Assembly: GCA_035566835.1 (NCBI GenBank)
Contig: DATMQG010000039.1
Location: forward strand, 1,524 to 65,523
Source of the DNA: Solirubrobacteraceae bacterium
Lineage (GTDB): Bacteria; Actinomycetota; Thermoleophilia; Solirubrobacterales; Solirubrobacteraceae
DNA: 64,000 bases
Direction of reading: 5' to 3'
Part shown: positions 47,653-57,606 of the stretch, piece by piece
Layout: every line of letters starts with the position of its first letter
Numbering within the stretch: position 1 is the first letter of the stretch
The notes under the pieces: model-generated
Databases searched by the model: none
Told to the model about the DNA's origin: nothing
Seen by the model: only the letters and a program-made list of their open reading frames with translations
Translations under genes and position numbers: made by a program

Positions 47653-48729
47653 GTGAGAGCTGACATGTCAATGCCGTCACTGTCGATCGTGATCCCCGTC
47701 TTCAGGGAGCCCGAGTGGATCGGGCGGACGATCCGTGACGTCACGCTCGCGGTCCAACGCTCGGCGTTCGAGAAGGCCGAGCTCGTCGTGGTGGTCGCCG
47801 ACCAAGAGACCCGCGAGGCACTCGCGCGAATCGAGCCGGCTCTACCGCTGCGCGTGCTCTCAGAGGAGCGCCCTGGCCGCTTTCCCGCGCGCCAGCAAGG
47901 CACCGAGGCGGCCACAGGTGACCTCGTGCTGCTGCTCGACTCGCGGGTATCCGTTGCGCCCGACGCGCTGCGCTTTGTGAGTGACCGGATCAAGGACGAG
48001 AACGACCTCCCGATCTGGTCGGCGCACATCGACTTCAACCGGCAGACTCCGTACGGGCGCTTCTGGAGCGTGATCATCCCGCTGGTGTGGTGGCGCTATT
48101 ACTCCGAGCCGCGGACCACCAGCTTCGGCTTGGAGGAGTACGACCGATTCTCCAAGGCGACGACGTGCTTTCTCGCCCCGCGCTCGATGCTGCTGGAGGC
48201 GAAGAGAGAGTTCAGCTCCTACTACGCCGACACGCGCAACGTCAGCGACGACACGGGGCTGATCCGTCTGCTGGCCGCGCGCCAGCGGATCAACGTCTCC
48301 CCCCATTTCGCCTGCACCTACTCCGCCCACGAAGGCTACCGCGCGTTCATGCACAACGTCTTTCACCGCGGCAAGACCTTCGTCGACAGCTACGGGCGGC
48401 CGGGCGATCGGTTCTTCCCGCTCGTGGTGGCCTACTTTCCGATCAGCCTGCTCGTGGCCGTGATCGCTGTGCGCCGGCCGCGGCTGGCGGCGCGCGCGGC
48501 GGTCGCGACCCCGGTCGCCTTCGCCGCCGCCGCCGCCGCGCTGCGTCGCGAGCGCGCCGACGTCGCGGCGGTCAGCTGGGTCGGGCCCAACTGGCTTGCG
48601 GCGATGAGCGCCGGCCTCTGGTATGGGCTTTGGCTGGCGCTGAGCGCGCGCTTTGGGCGCGGGGGAAGCGACGGCGCGGGCGCGAAGCAGCGCGGCCAGC
48701 CGAGCGCGTCCCCGGTAGACGTCACGTGA
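47653..48729 (+). CDS. Glycosyltransferase family 2-like protein
   Basis: LSIVIPVFRE, GRFPARQQG, ATGDLVLLLDSRV, SDDTGL, C-terminal TM. Confidence 0.8.
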   Translation: MRADMSMPSLSIVIPVFREPEWIGRTIRDVTLAVQRSAFEKAELVVVVADQETREALARIEPALPLRVLSEERPGRFPARQQGTEAATGDLVLLLDSRVSVAPDALRFVSDRIKDENDLPIWSAHIDFNRQTPYGRFWSVIIPLVWWRYYSEPRTTSFGLEEYDRFSKATTCFLAPRSMLLEAKREFSSYYADTRNVSDDTGLIRLLAARQRINVSPHFACTYSAHEGYRAFMHNVFHRGKTFVDSYGRPGDRFFPLVVAYFPISLLVAVIAVRRPRLAARAAVATPVAFAAAAAALRRERADVAAVSWVGPNWLAAMSAGLWYGLWLALSARFGRGGSDGAGAKQRGQPSASPVDVT

Positions 48730-49594
48730 GCGTGTATGGCCGGAAGCTCACGCCGTAGCGATCGGTCTGATCTGTGGCACGTGCGAGCGGTTGCTTGTCG
48801 CCGGTGACGAGGCTCAGGATACCGTCGCTGCGGAACGATGGTTTGGCGCCGATATCCTCGAGGATCCTCAGTCCGAGCCGGAAGGGCCTCCAGGGAAGCT
48901 CCACGAGGCGGGGTCGCTTGCCGGCCTTCAGCGCCAGCGAGCGCAGCAACTCTCCGAATTCGATCCAGTCCGGTGATACAGCCACATAGAGCTTGCCCGA
49001 CCCTGCGGGCCAGCGGTCAAGGACGCCTTCCACCAGTGCTGCGAGATCGTCCTCGTGCGTGAGGTATAACTCCAGCTCCCTGGGCACAGGCAGCGGCACT
49101 ATGGGTAAGCGTTCCACCACTCTCTGCAGTGGGCCGAACGTGACGGCGCCCCGCGGGCCCCAGACACGCCCGGGGCGGACGATCGCGGCGCCTGCGGCTG
49201 ACGCCGCCTGCTCGCCCGCGAGCTTGGCGCGACCGTACAGCGAACTTGCCGTGGGGAACGCCGCGATGCTGCTCACATACACGATGCGATCGACTCCGGC
49301 CTCCCGCGCGGCGGCAAACAGACGTCTAGATCCCTCCACGTTGACGCGCTCGATGTCGATCCAGCGGTATAGGCTGGAGTCGTAGGCCAAGTGCACGAGC
49401 GCGTCAGCGCCTGCCAGCGCTTGCGGAGAAACCCGCTCGCCGAGCTCGAAATGAGCCTGCGTGAACCCGGATCGCTCCTGCTCAGACCGGGATCGGCCGA
49501 GTGCTCTCACCTCCCAACCGGCGTCCGCCAGTCTGCTCGCCACGCAACCGCCGACATATCCGCTTGCGCCCGTGATCGCGCAGATGCCCCGCAT
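48722..49594 (-). CDS. NAD-dependent epimerase/dehydratase-family protein
   Basis: TGASGYVG, LVHLA, YVSS, YGRAK, IVRPG. Confidence 0.88.
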   Translation of the reverse strand: MRGICAITGASGYVGGCVASRLADAGWEVRALGRSRSEQERSGFTQAHFELGERVSPQALAGADALVHLAYDSSLYRWIDIERVNVEGSRRLFAAAREAGVDRIVYVSSIAAFPTASSLYGRAKLAGEQAASAAGAAIVRPGRVWGPRGAVTFGPLQRVVERLPIVPLPVPRELELYLTHEDDLAALVEGVLDRWPAGSGKLYVAVSPDWIEFGELLRSLALKAGKRPRLVELPWRPFRLGLRILEDIGAKPSFRSDGILSLVTGDKQPLARATDQTDRYGVSFRPYTLT

Positions 49595-49663
49595 CGAGCG
49601 AGTATGCCATTCGACGAATGAGCCCGCATCCGAGTCGACCCGCGCGCGAGATAACGTCTGCGA

Positions 49664-51361
49664 CTACGCCGCCGGATTAGGCGCTTCCGTGTCGAGCCGC
49701 AGGCCGCGACGAAGGTGATCGGCAAGCCGCAGGGCCAGGACAACGATCATGAAGGTCGAGTTAGCCTGTCCTGAGGTCACGAAGGCGGAGCTGCTGGCCA
49801 CGAACAACTCCTCAAAGCCGTGCACCCCGAGGTGCGGATTCAACACCCCGTCCTGCGGCCGGTCTGACATGCGCGTGGTGCCTGCTTGGTGATAGCCGTC
49901 GAGCAACCGCTTGCGAAGCTCCTCTTCCGGGTCCTCGAAGAGATACTCCAAATGCCCGAGGCCATGTCGGCGGAGATAGCGATCGAGATGCTCATGGGCG
50001 CGGATGCCGTTGCGAATGTCCTCATCACTGAAATGCAGATTGGTTCGTATTCGGGGCATCCCGAGTGCGTCCGTCTCGCTGCTCGGCGCGATGCAGCTGT
50101 CGTAGTTTGGCAAGTGCTCGCCGTGGTAGTAGAGCGGGTAGGAGTTTGACGGGCTCGGCACGACGAACCCGGGCACCTTGCGCCCTGGCCTGACAAAACG
50201 TTCGTATCCGAATCTCAATGCGAACGAGATTGCCTGCGGAAGGTGACGCACGACGTTACGGATGTGCAACCACGTCGAGTTTGAGCTGCCAGTGTCGATC
50301 TTGCTTTGCCGGACCCCTTCGCTTATGACGTGGCGGCCGAGCGGTGACGCCAGGATCAGATATATGACGGACAGGATCGCGTTGCCGTGGGACGGGTCGC
50401 TCATATCCGGATTTTCGAGGTACATAGCGATGTTCGGCAGATCGTGTTCGATCTGATAGTCCTGCGAAAAGGTGAAACGTCGGCGTACGTAGACGCCTTC
50501 AGGGTCACGCTCAAAGCCGTATATCGTCGCCTCTGGTGGGGTGCTGAAATGAGCCCGCGCGATCGAGGCTCCGACGTGGCCCATGTACCAACGGCCAAGG
50601 TGACCGGAGTGATTGCCGACGCCGGCGGCGTGATGGCGGTTGGAGGCAAACAGCAGGCGGGTGGTTTCGACGCCACCGGCCGCGAGGACGTACCGCTTTG
50701 CGCGCACCCGCACCTCATTGCCAGCCAGCGTCCGCGCGGCCAGGCGCTCGATGCTGCGGCCGTCAGGGCGGCAAACGATCTCCGTGCACGTGAGGTCGCT
50801 CACGAGCGTGACGAGTGGAGAGCTCTTGAGCCTCGCCCCGTAGACACGGCCGAAGTTCGTCGGCAATGAGTAACGCTCGAGCGACGTGGCGCGGATCTCG
50901 CCACCGGGCCAACCGGGGATAAGGCTGTGGCCGGCCAGATTGGGGACCTGCGCGGAATCGAACGTCGGCTGCCCGCACTTGAACCATCCGCAGGCGCGCG
51001 CGAAGTATTTCTCCAACTCGCCATAGCTGACGGGCCAGCGAGCATCACCCACGATCTCGCGTTGCTGAAAGTCCACGGGGTCAAAGGGCACGCAGCGCCC
51101 AGACCACAGATTGGAGGTGCCTCCGATCTGACGGCGCGTGGCCGCTGACATGGGGGCATGGAAAACGTCGTTTCCGATCGTGTCACCGAGGCGCTGGACG
51201 TCGCGGCTGTAGGAGCTCCCTCCGCTCTCGATCAGCAGAACCTGGTGACCGGCGTCCGCCAGCTCGAGCGCCAGCGTGATGCCCGCCGGTCCGGCGCCGA
51301 CGATGGCGACCTCCGCCGCGAGCGTCGCTCCTGTCGGTAGGCGTGCCGCGTCGATTTGCAT
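49664..51361 (-). CDS. GMC family FAD oxidoreductase
   Basis: IVGAGPAG, GGTSNLWSG, LAAGGVET, GRWYMGH, HQAGTTRM, ANSTF. Confidence 0.9.
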   Translation of the reverse strand: MQIDAARLPTGATLAAEVAIVGAGPAGITLALELADAGHQVLLIESGGSSYSRDVQRLGDTIGNDVFHAPMSAATRRQIGGTSNLWSGRCVPFDPVDFQQREIVGDARWPVSYGELEKYFARACGWFKCGQPTFDSAQVPNLAGHSLIPGWPGGEIRATSLERYSLPTNFGRVYGARLKSSPLVTLVSDLTCTEIVCRPDGRSIERLAARTLAGNEVRVRAKRYVLAAGGVETTRLLFASNRHHAAGVGNHSGHLGRWYMGHVGASIARAHFSTPPEATIYGFERDPEGVYVRRRFTFSQDYQIEHDLPNIAMYLENPDMSDPSHGNAILSVIYLILASPLGRHVISEGVRQSKIDTGSSNSTWLHIRNVVRHLPQAISFALRFGYERFVRPGRKVPGFVVPSPSNSYPLYYHGEHLPNYDSCIAPSSETDALGMPRIRTNLHFSDEDIRNGIRAHEHLDRYLRRHGLGHLEYLFEDPEEELRKRLLDGYHQAGTTRMSDRPQDGVLNPHLGVHGFEELFVASSSAFVTSGQANSTFMIVVLALRLADHLRRGLRLDTEAPNPAA

Positions 51362-51487
51362 GGAGAGGAGCCGCTGGCGAGAGGGTCGGTGAAGGCCGCC
51401 GGGACGCTACCGTTTATCAGCGAGGATCGCCAAGTGGATCCGATCCGCCACGGGAGCGTCGCCCGCCGGGTCCGTGCATGTTGACGC

Positions 51488-53305
51488 TCAAACGCGGGCC
51501 GAGGCGCTTGGACGGGCCGTCGAGCGATCTCGCCGGCGTCGCACGGCCGCAGCCAAAGCCAACGAGAGCAGGACGGCGGCTGCCGCCGCCGTCATGATCC
51601 GCCCCAGCACGACGGGTGTGCTGAGCTGCGCTCTTACCTCGATGTCTACCGGCTGGGATCCGTCGCGCGTGCGTTTGAGCACGAGTTCGCCTTCGCCTGT
51701 GCGCCCGACGACGTGCACGCCTCCTCCGACGTGGACCAGGTAAGGGCCACCGGCGATATTGGTGGCAAAGGGGGCGAGGCCCGGGGGAAACGAAATCGGG
51801 CCGGCGAGTCGTTCATCTTCCACCGAGTTCGCGTAGAACGTGAACAGCTGCTTTGGGTTGATCACGGGCAGACTGCGATCGCTGTAGTCGCGCAGCGCCT
51901 GCCACGATCGTGGTAGGCGGCTCGGCGCCCCGCTCAGGGCTTCGGCTCGGTTGGAGAGGGAGGAGAAGTTGGTTTCGTTCACGTGCGTGTTCGGTACCCA
52001 CAGCTGCCAGGCGCAGACCGCCACGCTGAACGCGAGCGCGAGCCCGAGGGCGAGCGTGAGGAGGCGGTCTGAGCGCGCCGACTGGCCGCGTTCGGCCCGG
52101 CGGGTGAGCGCGAGCGCGCCCACCAGGACGAGCCCGGCGCAGGCCAGCGCCACGTAGGTCTGCAGCCGGTAGGGAAACTGGATCCGCTGGTAGAGCGTTG
52201 GAAGTGCAGACCAAGCGCCCGAGGACATGATCACCGCCAGCAGGCCGCCCAGCACCAAGAGCGCAGTCCCCAGGCCGGCCCGCAGACGCCGCTCGCGCCA
52301 GTAGATCGGCGCCGCGATCAGCCCCCACGCGAGCGCCAGGACCGGAGCCTGGACGTACAGCGCCGGTGTCTTGGATTCCCCCGGCACCGTTCGCAAGGGG
52401 TCGAAGATCACTGCGGCGGTGTTGAAGAATTCCGTCGCGTTCCACAATTCGAGGCTGCCGCCTCCGATCATCGTGTCGTGCGCGTAGCTCACGTTGGGGA
52501 GCAGGAACCAGCCGTTCAGGCCGACGCCGAGGGCGATCAGGGCGGCGGTGGCTCCCATCCGCCGCCACGGCAGCTCGCGTGAGCGCCCGCTCAACAGCCA
52601 GTAGCAGGCGAGCGCCAGCAGCGCGACCGTTGTGCCCGACAGGAGCGTGATGTTGTGGCTGCCGCTGAAGACCACGCTCGCCGCCACCAGGCAGGCGACC
52701 GGCCCCAGGCGCCAGCGGCCGCGCACCAGCCGCAGCGATGCCGCGAGCACGAGCGGCAGCGCCGAGACGGCCATGAACTCAGCCCACGCTCCGCGTCCGT
52801 AGAGGTTCGTGACGTAGTAGGCGCTCGTCACGAACACGATCGCCGGCGTATGCGCGAGCGCTCTGCGCACACCCAGCTGGCGGGCGAGCCAGTAGATCCC
52901 GCCGTAGGCGGCGGCGATCGCGGCCACCGTCACGGCTTCGAACGCCACGATCGTCGCGCTTCCGATGGCCGACCCGCCGAGCAGGGCTCCGAGCGCCCCG
53001 GTGATGGCGAACAGCGTCCCGCCATAGAAGGCGAACTGCGGATAGAACACGCCGACCTGCTGCACCTGCAGAAACAGCGTCGGATGTAGGTGCACCGCGA
53101 TTGCGTGCTGCTGATAACCAGCCAGCCATAGCGCGTTCGTGAGGTCAGGACCAAACCCGTCGCTGGTGAACAGGAGCGGCGAGGCGATCAGCAGGACGGC
53201 AAGCGTCGCAATCGCCACATGGACGAGCGCGGGCTTCGCCAGGCGGCGGCGGGCGCCCGGGCGCGAGCCGATCGTCATCGCGCGTCGAGCGGCCCGCGAG
53301 TTCAC
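51488..53305 (-). CDS. GT-C-like membrane protein, paralogue D
   Basis: Same motif set as A-C; start overlaps the stop of E. Confidence 0.75.
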   Translation of the reverse strand: MNSRAARRAMTIGSRPGARRRLAKPALVHVAIATLAVLLIASPLLFTSDGFGPDLTNALWLAGYQQHAIAVHLHPTLFLQVQQVGVFYPQFAFYGGTLFAITGALGALLGGSAIGSATIVAFEAVTVAAIAAAYGGIYWLARQLGVRRALAHTPAIVFVTSAYYVTNLYGRGAWAEFMAVSALPLVLAASLRLVRGRWRLGPVACLVAASVVFSGSHNITLLSGTTVALLALACYWLLSGRSRELPWRRMGATAALIALGVGLNGWFLLPNVSYAHDTMIGGGSLELWNATEFFNTAAVIFDPLRTVPGESKTPALYVQAPVLALAWGLIAAPIYWRERRLRAGLGTALLVLGGLLAVIMSSGAWSALPTLYQRIQFPYRLQTYVALACAGLVLVGALALTRRAERGQSARSDRLLTLALGLALAFSVAVCAWQLWVPNTHVNETNFSSLSNRAEALSGAPSRLPRSWQALRDYSDRSLPVINPKQLFTFYANSVEDERLAGPISFPPGLAPFATNIAGGPYLVHVGGGVHVVGRTGEGELVLKRTRDGSQPVDIEVRAQLSTPVVLGRIMTAAAAAVLLSLALAAAVRRRRDRSTARPSASARV

Positions 53306-55119
53306 GGCGAGGGGGGCCGCGTTGCCGTGGAGGAGCTCTCGCGTCGAGCGGCCGACCCTCGCAGGCGTCGAAGCGCCGCAGCCAAAGCCAGTGCGAGCAG
53401 GAGGGCGGCGGCTGCCGCCGTCGTGATCCGCCCCAGCACGACGGGTGTGCTGAGCTGCGCTCTCACTTCGACGTCTACCGGCTGGGATCCGTCGCGCGTG
53501 CGTTTGAGCACGAGTTCGCCTTCGCCTGTGCGCCCGACGGCGCGTGCGCCTCCTCCGACGTGGACCAGGTAGGGGCCACCCACGATGTTTGTGGCGAACG
53601 GTTCGGAGCCCGCGGGAAGCGCCACCGGACCGGCGAGCTTGTCATCTTCCACGGCCGCCGGATAGAACGTGAACCTTTCCGTGGTGGGGATCACCGGGAG
53701 GCTGCGATCGCCGTAGTCGTGCAGCGCCTGCCACGATCGCGGTAGGAGGGTCGGCGCTCCCGTTAGGGCTTCGGCTCGGTTGGAGAGGGAGGAAGAGGTG
53801 GTTTCGTATACGTGCGTGTTCGGTACCCACAGCTGCCACGCGCAGACAGCCACGCTGAACGCGAGCGCGAGCCCGAGGGCGAGCGTGAGGAGGCGGTCTG
53901 AGCGCGCCGCCTGGCCGCGTTCGGCCCGGCGGGTGAGCGCCAGCGCGCCCACCAGGACGAGCCCCGCGCAGGCGAGCGCCACGTAGGTCTGTAGCCGGTA
54001 CGCATACTGGGCCTGCTGAAAGGGGCTTGGAAGTGCAGACCAAGCGCCCGAGGACATGATCACCGCCAGCAGGCCGCCCAGCACCAAGAGCGCAGTCGCC
54101 AGGCCGGCGCGCAGACGCCGCTCCCGCCAGTAGATCGGCGCCGCGATCAGCCCCCACGCGAGCGCTAGGACCGGAGCCTGGACGTACAGCGCCGGGGTTT
54201 CGGATTCCCGCGGGACCGTCCGCAGGGGGTCGAAGATCACGCCGGCGGTGTTGAAGAAGCCGGTCACGCTCCACGTGATCCCGCGGCCCGTGATCATCGT
54301 GTCGTGCGCGTAGCTCACGTCGGGGAGCAGGAACCAGCCGTTCAGCCCGAGGCTGAGGGCGAGCAGCCCAGCGGTCGCTCCCATCCGCCGCCACGGCAGC
54401 TCGCGCGAGCGCCCGCTCAACAGCCAGTAGCAGGCGAGCGCCACCAGCGCGAGTGTCGCTCCCCACAGGAGCGTGATGTTGTGGCTGCCGCTGAAGACCA
54501 CGCTCGCCGCCACCAGGCAGGCGACGGGCCCCAGGCGCCAGCGACCGCGCACCAGCCGCAGCGATGCCGCGAGCACGAGCGGCAGCGCCGAGACCGCTAT
54601 GAACTCGGCCCACGCTCCGCGTGCGTAGAGGTTCGTGACGTAGTAGGCGCTCGTCACGAACACGATCGCCGGCGCGTGTGCGAGCACCCTGCGCACGCCC
54701 AGCTGGCGGGCGAGCCAGTAGATCCCGCCGTAGGCGGCGGCGATCGCGGCCAGCGTCACGGTTTCGAACGCCACGATCGTCGCGCTTCCGACGGCGGACC
54801 CGCCGAGCAGGGCGCCGAGCGCTCCGGTGATTGCGAACAGCGTCCCGCCGTAGAAGGCGAACTGGGGATAGAACACGCCGCCCTGCTGCGTCTGCAGAAA
54901 CAGCGTCGGATGCAGGTGCGCAGCGATCACGCCCTGCTGATAACCAGTCAGCCACAGCGCGTTGGTGAAATCCGGGAAGAACCCGTCGCTGGTGAACAGG
55001 AGCGGTGAGGCGATCAGCAGGACGGCGAGCGTCGCGATCGCCACATGGATCAGCGCGGGCGTCGCCAGGCGCCGCCGAGCGCCTGTGGCAAGGATCCAAC
55101 TCACGCGGTTGACATGCAT
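53302..55119 (-). CDS. GT-C-like membrane protein, paralogue E
   Basis: Starts MHVNRVS like B; the ORF-track extension to 56346 is an off-frame read of F. Confidence 0.75.
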   Translation of the reverse strand: MHVNRVSWILATGARRRLATPALIHVAIATLAVLLIASPLLFTSDGFFPDFTNALWLTGYQQGVIAAHLHPTLFLQTQQGGVFYPQFAFYGGTLFAITGALGALLGGSAVGSATIVAFETVTLAAIAAAYGGIYWLARQLGVRRVLAHAPAIVFVTSAYYVTNLYARGAWAEFIAVSALPLVLAASLRLVRGRWRLGPVACLVAASVVFSGSHNITLLWGATLALVALACYWLLSGRSRELPWRRMGATAGLLALSLGLNGWFLLPDVSYAHDTMITGRGITWSVTGFFNTAGVIFDPLRTVPRESETPALYVQAPVLALAWGLIAAPIYWRERRLRAGLATALLVLGGLLAVIMSSGAWSALPSPFQQAQYAYRLQTYVALACAGLVLVGALALTRRAERGQAARSDRLLTLALGLALAFSVAVCAWQLWVPNTHVYETTSSSLSNRAEALTGAPTLLPRSWQALHDYGDRSLPVIPTTERFTFYPAAVEDDKLAGPVALPAGSEPFATNIVGGPYLVHVGGGARAVGRTGEGELVLKRTRDGSQPVDVEVRAQLSTPVVLGRITTAAAAALLLALALAAALRRLRGSAARRESSSTATRPPSP

Positions 55120-55130
55120 TCTCGAGCCAC

Positions 55131-56936
55131 CTAAGAGGGACGCGGCTGAGGAGCCCCATCTGCTGCGGGCGCTGAGAGGCGAGCCGCCCAGCGCCGTCGC
55201 CGGCGCCGCACAGCGGCGGCCAGGGCCCACGCGAGCAGGAGGGCAGCCGATGCCGCCGTCGCTATCCGCCCCGCCACCACGGGCGCGCTGAGCTGGGCGC
55301 TGAGTTCGATCGGCACCGGCTGCGATCCCTCGGCTGTGCGTTGCAACACGAGTTCGCCGCCTTCGACTCGCCCCGCGACGCGCGCGCCTCCTCCGACGTG
55401 GACCAGGTAGGGACCACCGTCGATATTGGTGGCGAACGGCTGGCGCCCAGGGGGTAACGAAACCAGGCCGCTGAGCCGATCGTCCTGCACGGCCGTCGGG
55501 TTGAACGTGAACTTTTGCGTCGCGGCGACGATCGGGAGGCTGCGATCGCTGTAGTCGTTCCCCGCGTACCAAGATGCGGGCAGGAGTGTGGGCGAACCGT
55601 GCAGGGCTTGGGCCCGGGTCGACAGGGATCCTTCGTTGTGGGTGTTCGGAACCCACAACTGCCACGCGCACAGCGCCAGACCGAAGGTCAGCGCCAGCCC
55701 GAGCCCGAGCGCGAGGGTGCGGTCTGAGCGCGTGGCACGGCCGCTTTCGGCCCGGCGCGTGAGCGCCAGCGTGCCCAGGAGCACGAGCGCGGCGCAGGCC
55801 AGCGCCACGTAGGTCTGCAGCCGGTAAGAGAACTGGATCTGCCGAAAGACGTTCGGCAGCAGCGACCACGCGCCCGAGGACATGATCAGCACCAGCACGC
55901 CGACAAGCGCGATCAGCGCTGTGGCAAGCCCGGCGCGCAAACGCCGCTCGCGCCAGACGAGCGGCGCCGCGAAGAGGCCCCAGGCCAGCGCCAGGACAGG
56001 AAGCTGAACGAACAGCGCTGCCGTCGTGGATTGGCGCGGCACCGTCCGCAGGGGGTTGAAGATCACCCCGAAGGTGTCGAAGAACCCCGTTTCGCCCCAC
56101 GGGAGGACGTTGCCGGTGACTTGCGTGTCGTGCGCGTAGCTCACGTCGGGGATGAGAAACCAGCCGTTCAGGCCGACACCGAGTGCGATCAGGCCAGCGG
56201 TGACGAGCATCCGCCGCCACGGCAGCTCGCGGGGGCGCCCGCTCAAGAGCCAGTAGCAGCACAGCGCCACGAGCCCGAGCGTCGTCGCCCACAGCAGCGT
56301 GATGTTGTGGCTGCCGCTGAACAGCGCGGTGGCCCCCACCAGGCACAGGACCGGGCCAGCTCGCCAGCGACCGCGCACCAGCCGCAGCGAGGCGGCGGCC
56401 ACGAGTGCCAGCGCCGAGACGGCGATGAACTCCGCCCAGGCCCCCCGCCCGTAGAGGTTCGTGACGTAGTAGGCGCTGGTCACGAACACGAGCGCCGGCG
56501 CGTGCGCGAGCAGCCCCTTCACGCCCACCTGTCGTGCCAGCCAGAAGACCCCGCCGTAGGCCGCCGCGATCGCGGCCAGCGTGACGATTTCAAACGCCAC
56601 GATCGTCGACCCTCCGAGGGCCGCCGCGAACGCCCCGGTGAGCGCGTACAGCGTCCCGCCGTAGAAGGCGAACAGCGGTTCGAACACGCCGCGCTGCTGC
56701 GTATGCAAAAACAGCGTCGGATGCAGGTGGGAGGCGATCGCGTGCTGCTGAAGGTCGGCCAGCCAGATCGCGTTGGTGAAGTCCTCGGCAAACCCGTCGT
56801 CGGTGAACAACATCGGCGAGGCGATCAGCAGAACGGCAACCGTCGCGATCGCGAGGTCGATCAGCACGGGCCTCGGGAGGCGGCCGCGAGCGCCTTTGGC
56901 AATGACCCAACTCACGCGGTCGCGGCGGGTCGGCAC
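55131..56936 (-). CDS. GT-C-like membrane protein, paralogue F
   Basis: Same motif set; start may be GTG at 56915. Confidence 0.75.
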   Translation of the reverse strand: MPTRRDRVSWVIAKGARGRLPRPVLIDLAIATVAVLLIASPMLFTDDGFAEDFTNAIWLADLQQHAIASHLHPTLFLHTQQRGVFEPLFAFYGGTLYALTGAFAAALGGSTIVAFEIVTLAAIAAAYGGVFWLARQVGVKGLLAHAPALVFVTSAYYVTNLYGRGAWAEFIAVSALALVAAASLRLVRGRWRAGPVLCLVGATALFSGSHNITLLWATTLGLVALCCYWLLSGRPRELPWRRMLVTAGLIALGVGLNGWFLIPDVSYAHDTQVTGNVLPWGETGFFDTFGVIFNPLRTVPRQSTTAALFVQLPVLALAWGLFAAPLVWRERRLRAGLATALIALVGVLVLIMSSGAWSLLPNVFRQIQFSYRLQTYVALACAALVLLGTLALTRRAESGRATRSDRTLALGLGLALTFGLALCAWQLWVPNTHNEGSLSTRAQALHGSPTLLPASWYAGNDYSDRSLPIVAATQKFTFNPTAVQDDRLSGLVSLPPGRQPFATNIDGGPYLVHVGGGARVAGRVEGGELVLQRTAEGSQPVPIELSAQLSAPVVAGRIATAASAALLLAWALAAAVRRRRRRWAARLSAPAADGAPQPRPS

Positions 56937-56941
56937 GCGCC

Positions 56942-57565
56942 TCAGCGCGTGGGCTGCTCGACGGAGGTCTGGGCGGGGCTAGGAGCCACGAATGCGGGCG
57001 CCTCGAGATCCCGCTCGGAGATGGCGGGCTTGGCGTGGAATATGCCGTTGCGAAACACCACGAAGTTCGTGCTCACGACCACGGTCACGGTCACGAGATA
57101 GACGGCCTCCGTGGAGACACCCAGGGCCGACGGCAGGAACGAGGTCGAAGCCGCGGTCACCCCATACTGCGCGGCGGCGACGATTAGGTAGCGACCGACC
57201 TGATGGTGCAGAGGCAGTGCGAACTCCTCGTGATGGGTCCACACGAAGAGGCGCTGCAGCGTGAAATGGACGACCAGCCCAACCGAGAAGCCGATCGCCA
57301 GCGCGGCCTGAAAGGGCACCGCGAAGGCTTCGGCGAGCACCGTGGTGGTGATGAGGTACACGAGCGTCACCGTGCCCCCTGCCAGTGCGAAGCGGAGTCC
57401 CTGTCGCAGCATGCCCGGGTCTGGCTCGCGGAGCATGCGCGCGACGGCTGGCTTCGCCGGCGCGCGCCGAGCTATTCCGATCTCGCTCAGCTCGCGCCGA
57501 TCTCGCTCATCTTGCGCCTCGCCACTCACGTCGTGTCCAGCCGAATTGTGGGGCCCCGGTCTCAA
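56942..57565 (-). CDS. GtrA family small flippase
   Basis: LRFALAGG...HFTLQRLFVW...GRYL...NFVVFRNGIF 4-TM pattern; start uncertain (may be 57436). Confidence 0.85.
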   Translation of the reverse strand: MRPGPHNSAGHDVSGEAQDERDRRELSEIGIARRAPAKPAVARMLREPDPGMLRQGLRFALAGGTVTLVYLITTTVLAEAFAVPFQAALAIGFSVGLVVHFTLQRLFVWTHHEEFALPLHHQVGRYLIVAAAQYGVTAASTSFLPSALGVSTEAVYLVTVTVVVSTNFVVFRNGIFHAKPAISERDLEAPAFVAPSPAQTSVEQPTR

Positions 57566-57606
57566 ACGAAGGACAGTCTTGCACGATCACCAGGGGTTTT
57601 GGACGG

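Noticed and set aside
53281-53353. 14-bp direct repeat cgcgtcgagcggcc at the E/D junction
   Set aside because: Short and very GC-rich. It may be a duplication scar but is too weak to stand as a feature.
53302-56346. 1014-aa ORF suggesting a fused giant membrane protein
   Set aside because: The first 409 codons are an off-frame read inside paralogue F. The real gene starts at MHVNRVS (55119), as in paralogue B.
26530-56936. Diversity-generating retroelement or shufflon as the source of paralogue variation
   Set aside because: No reverse transcriptase, recombinase or template repeat is in the window, and the differences include indels and are not adenine-specific.
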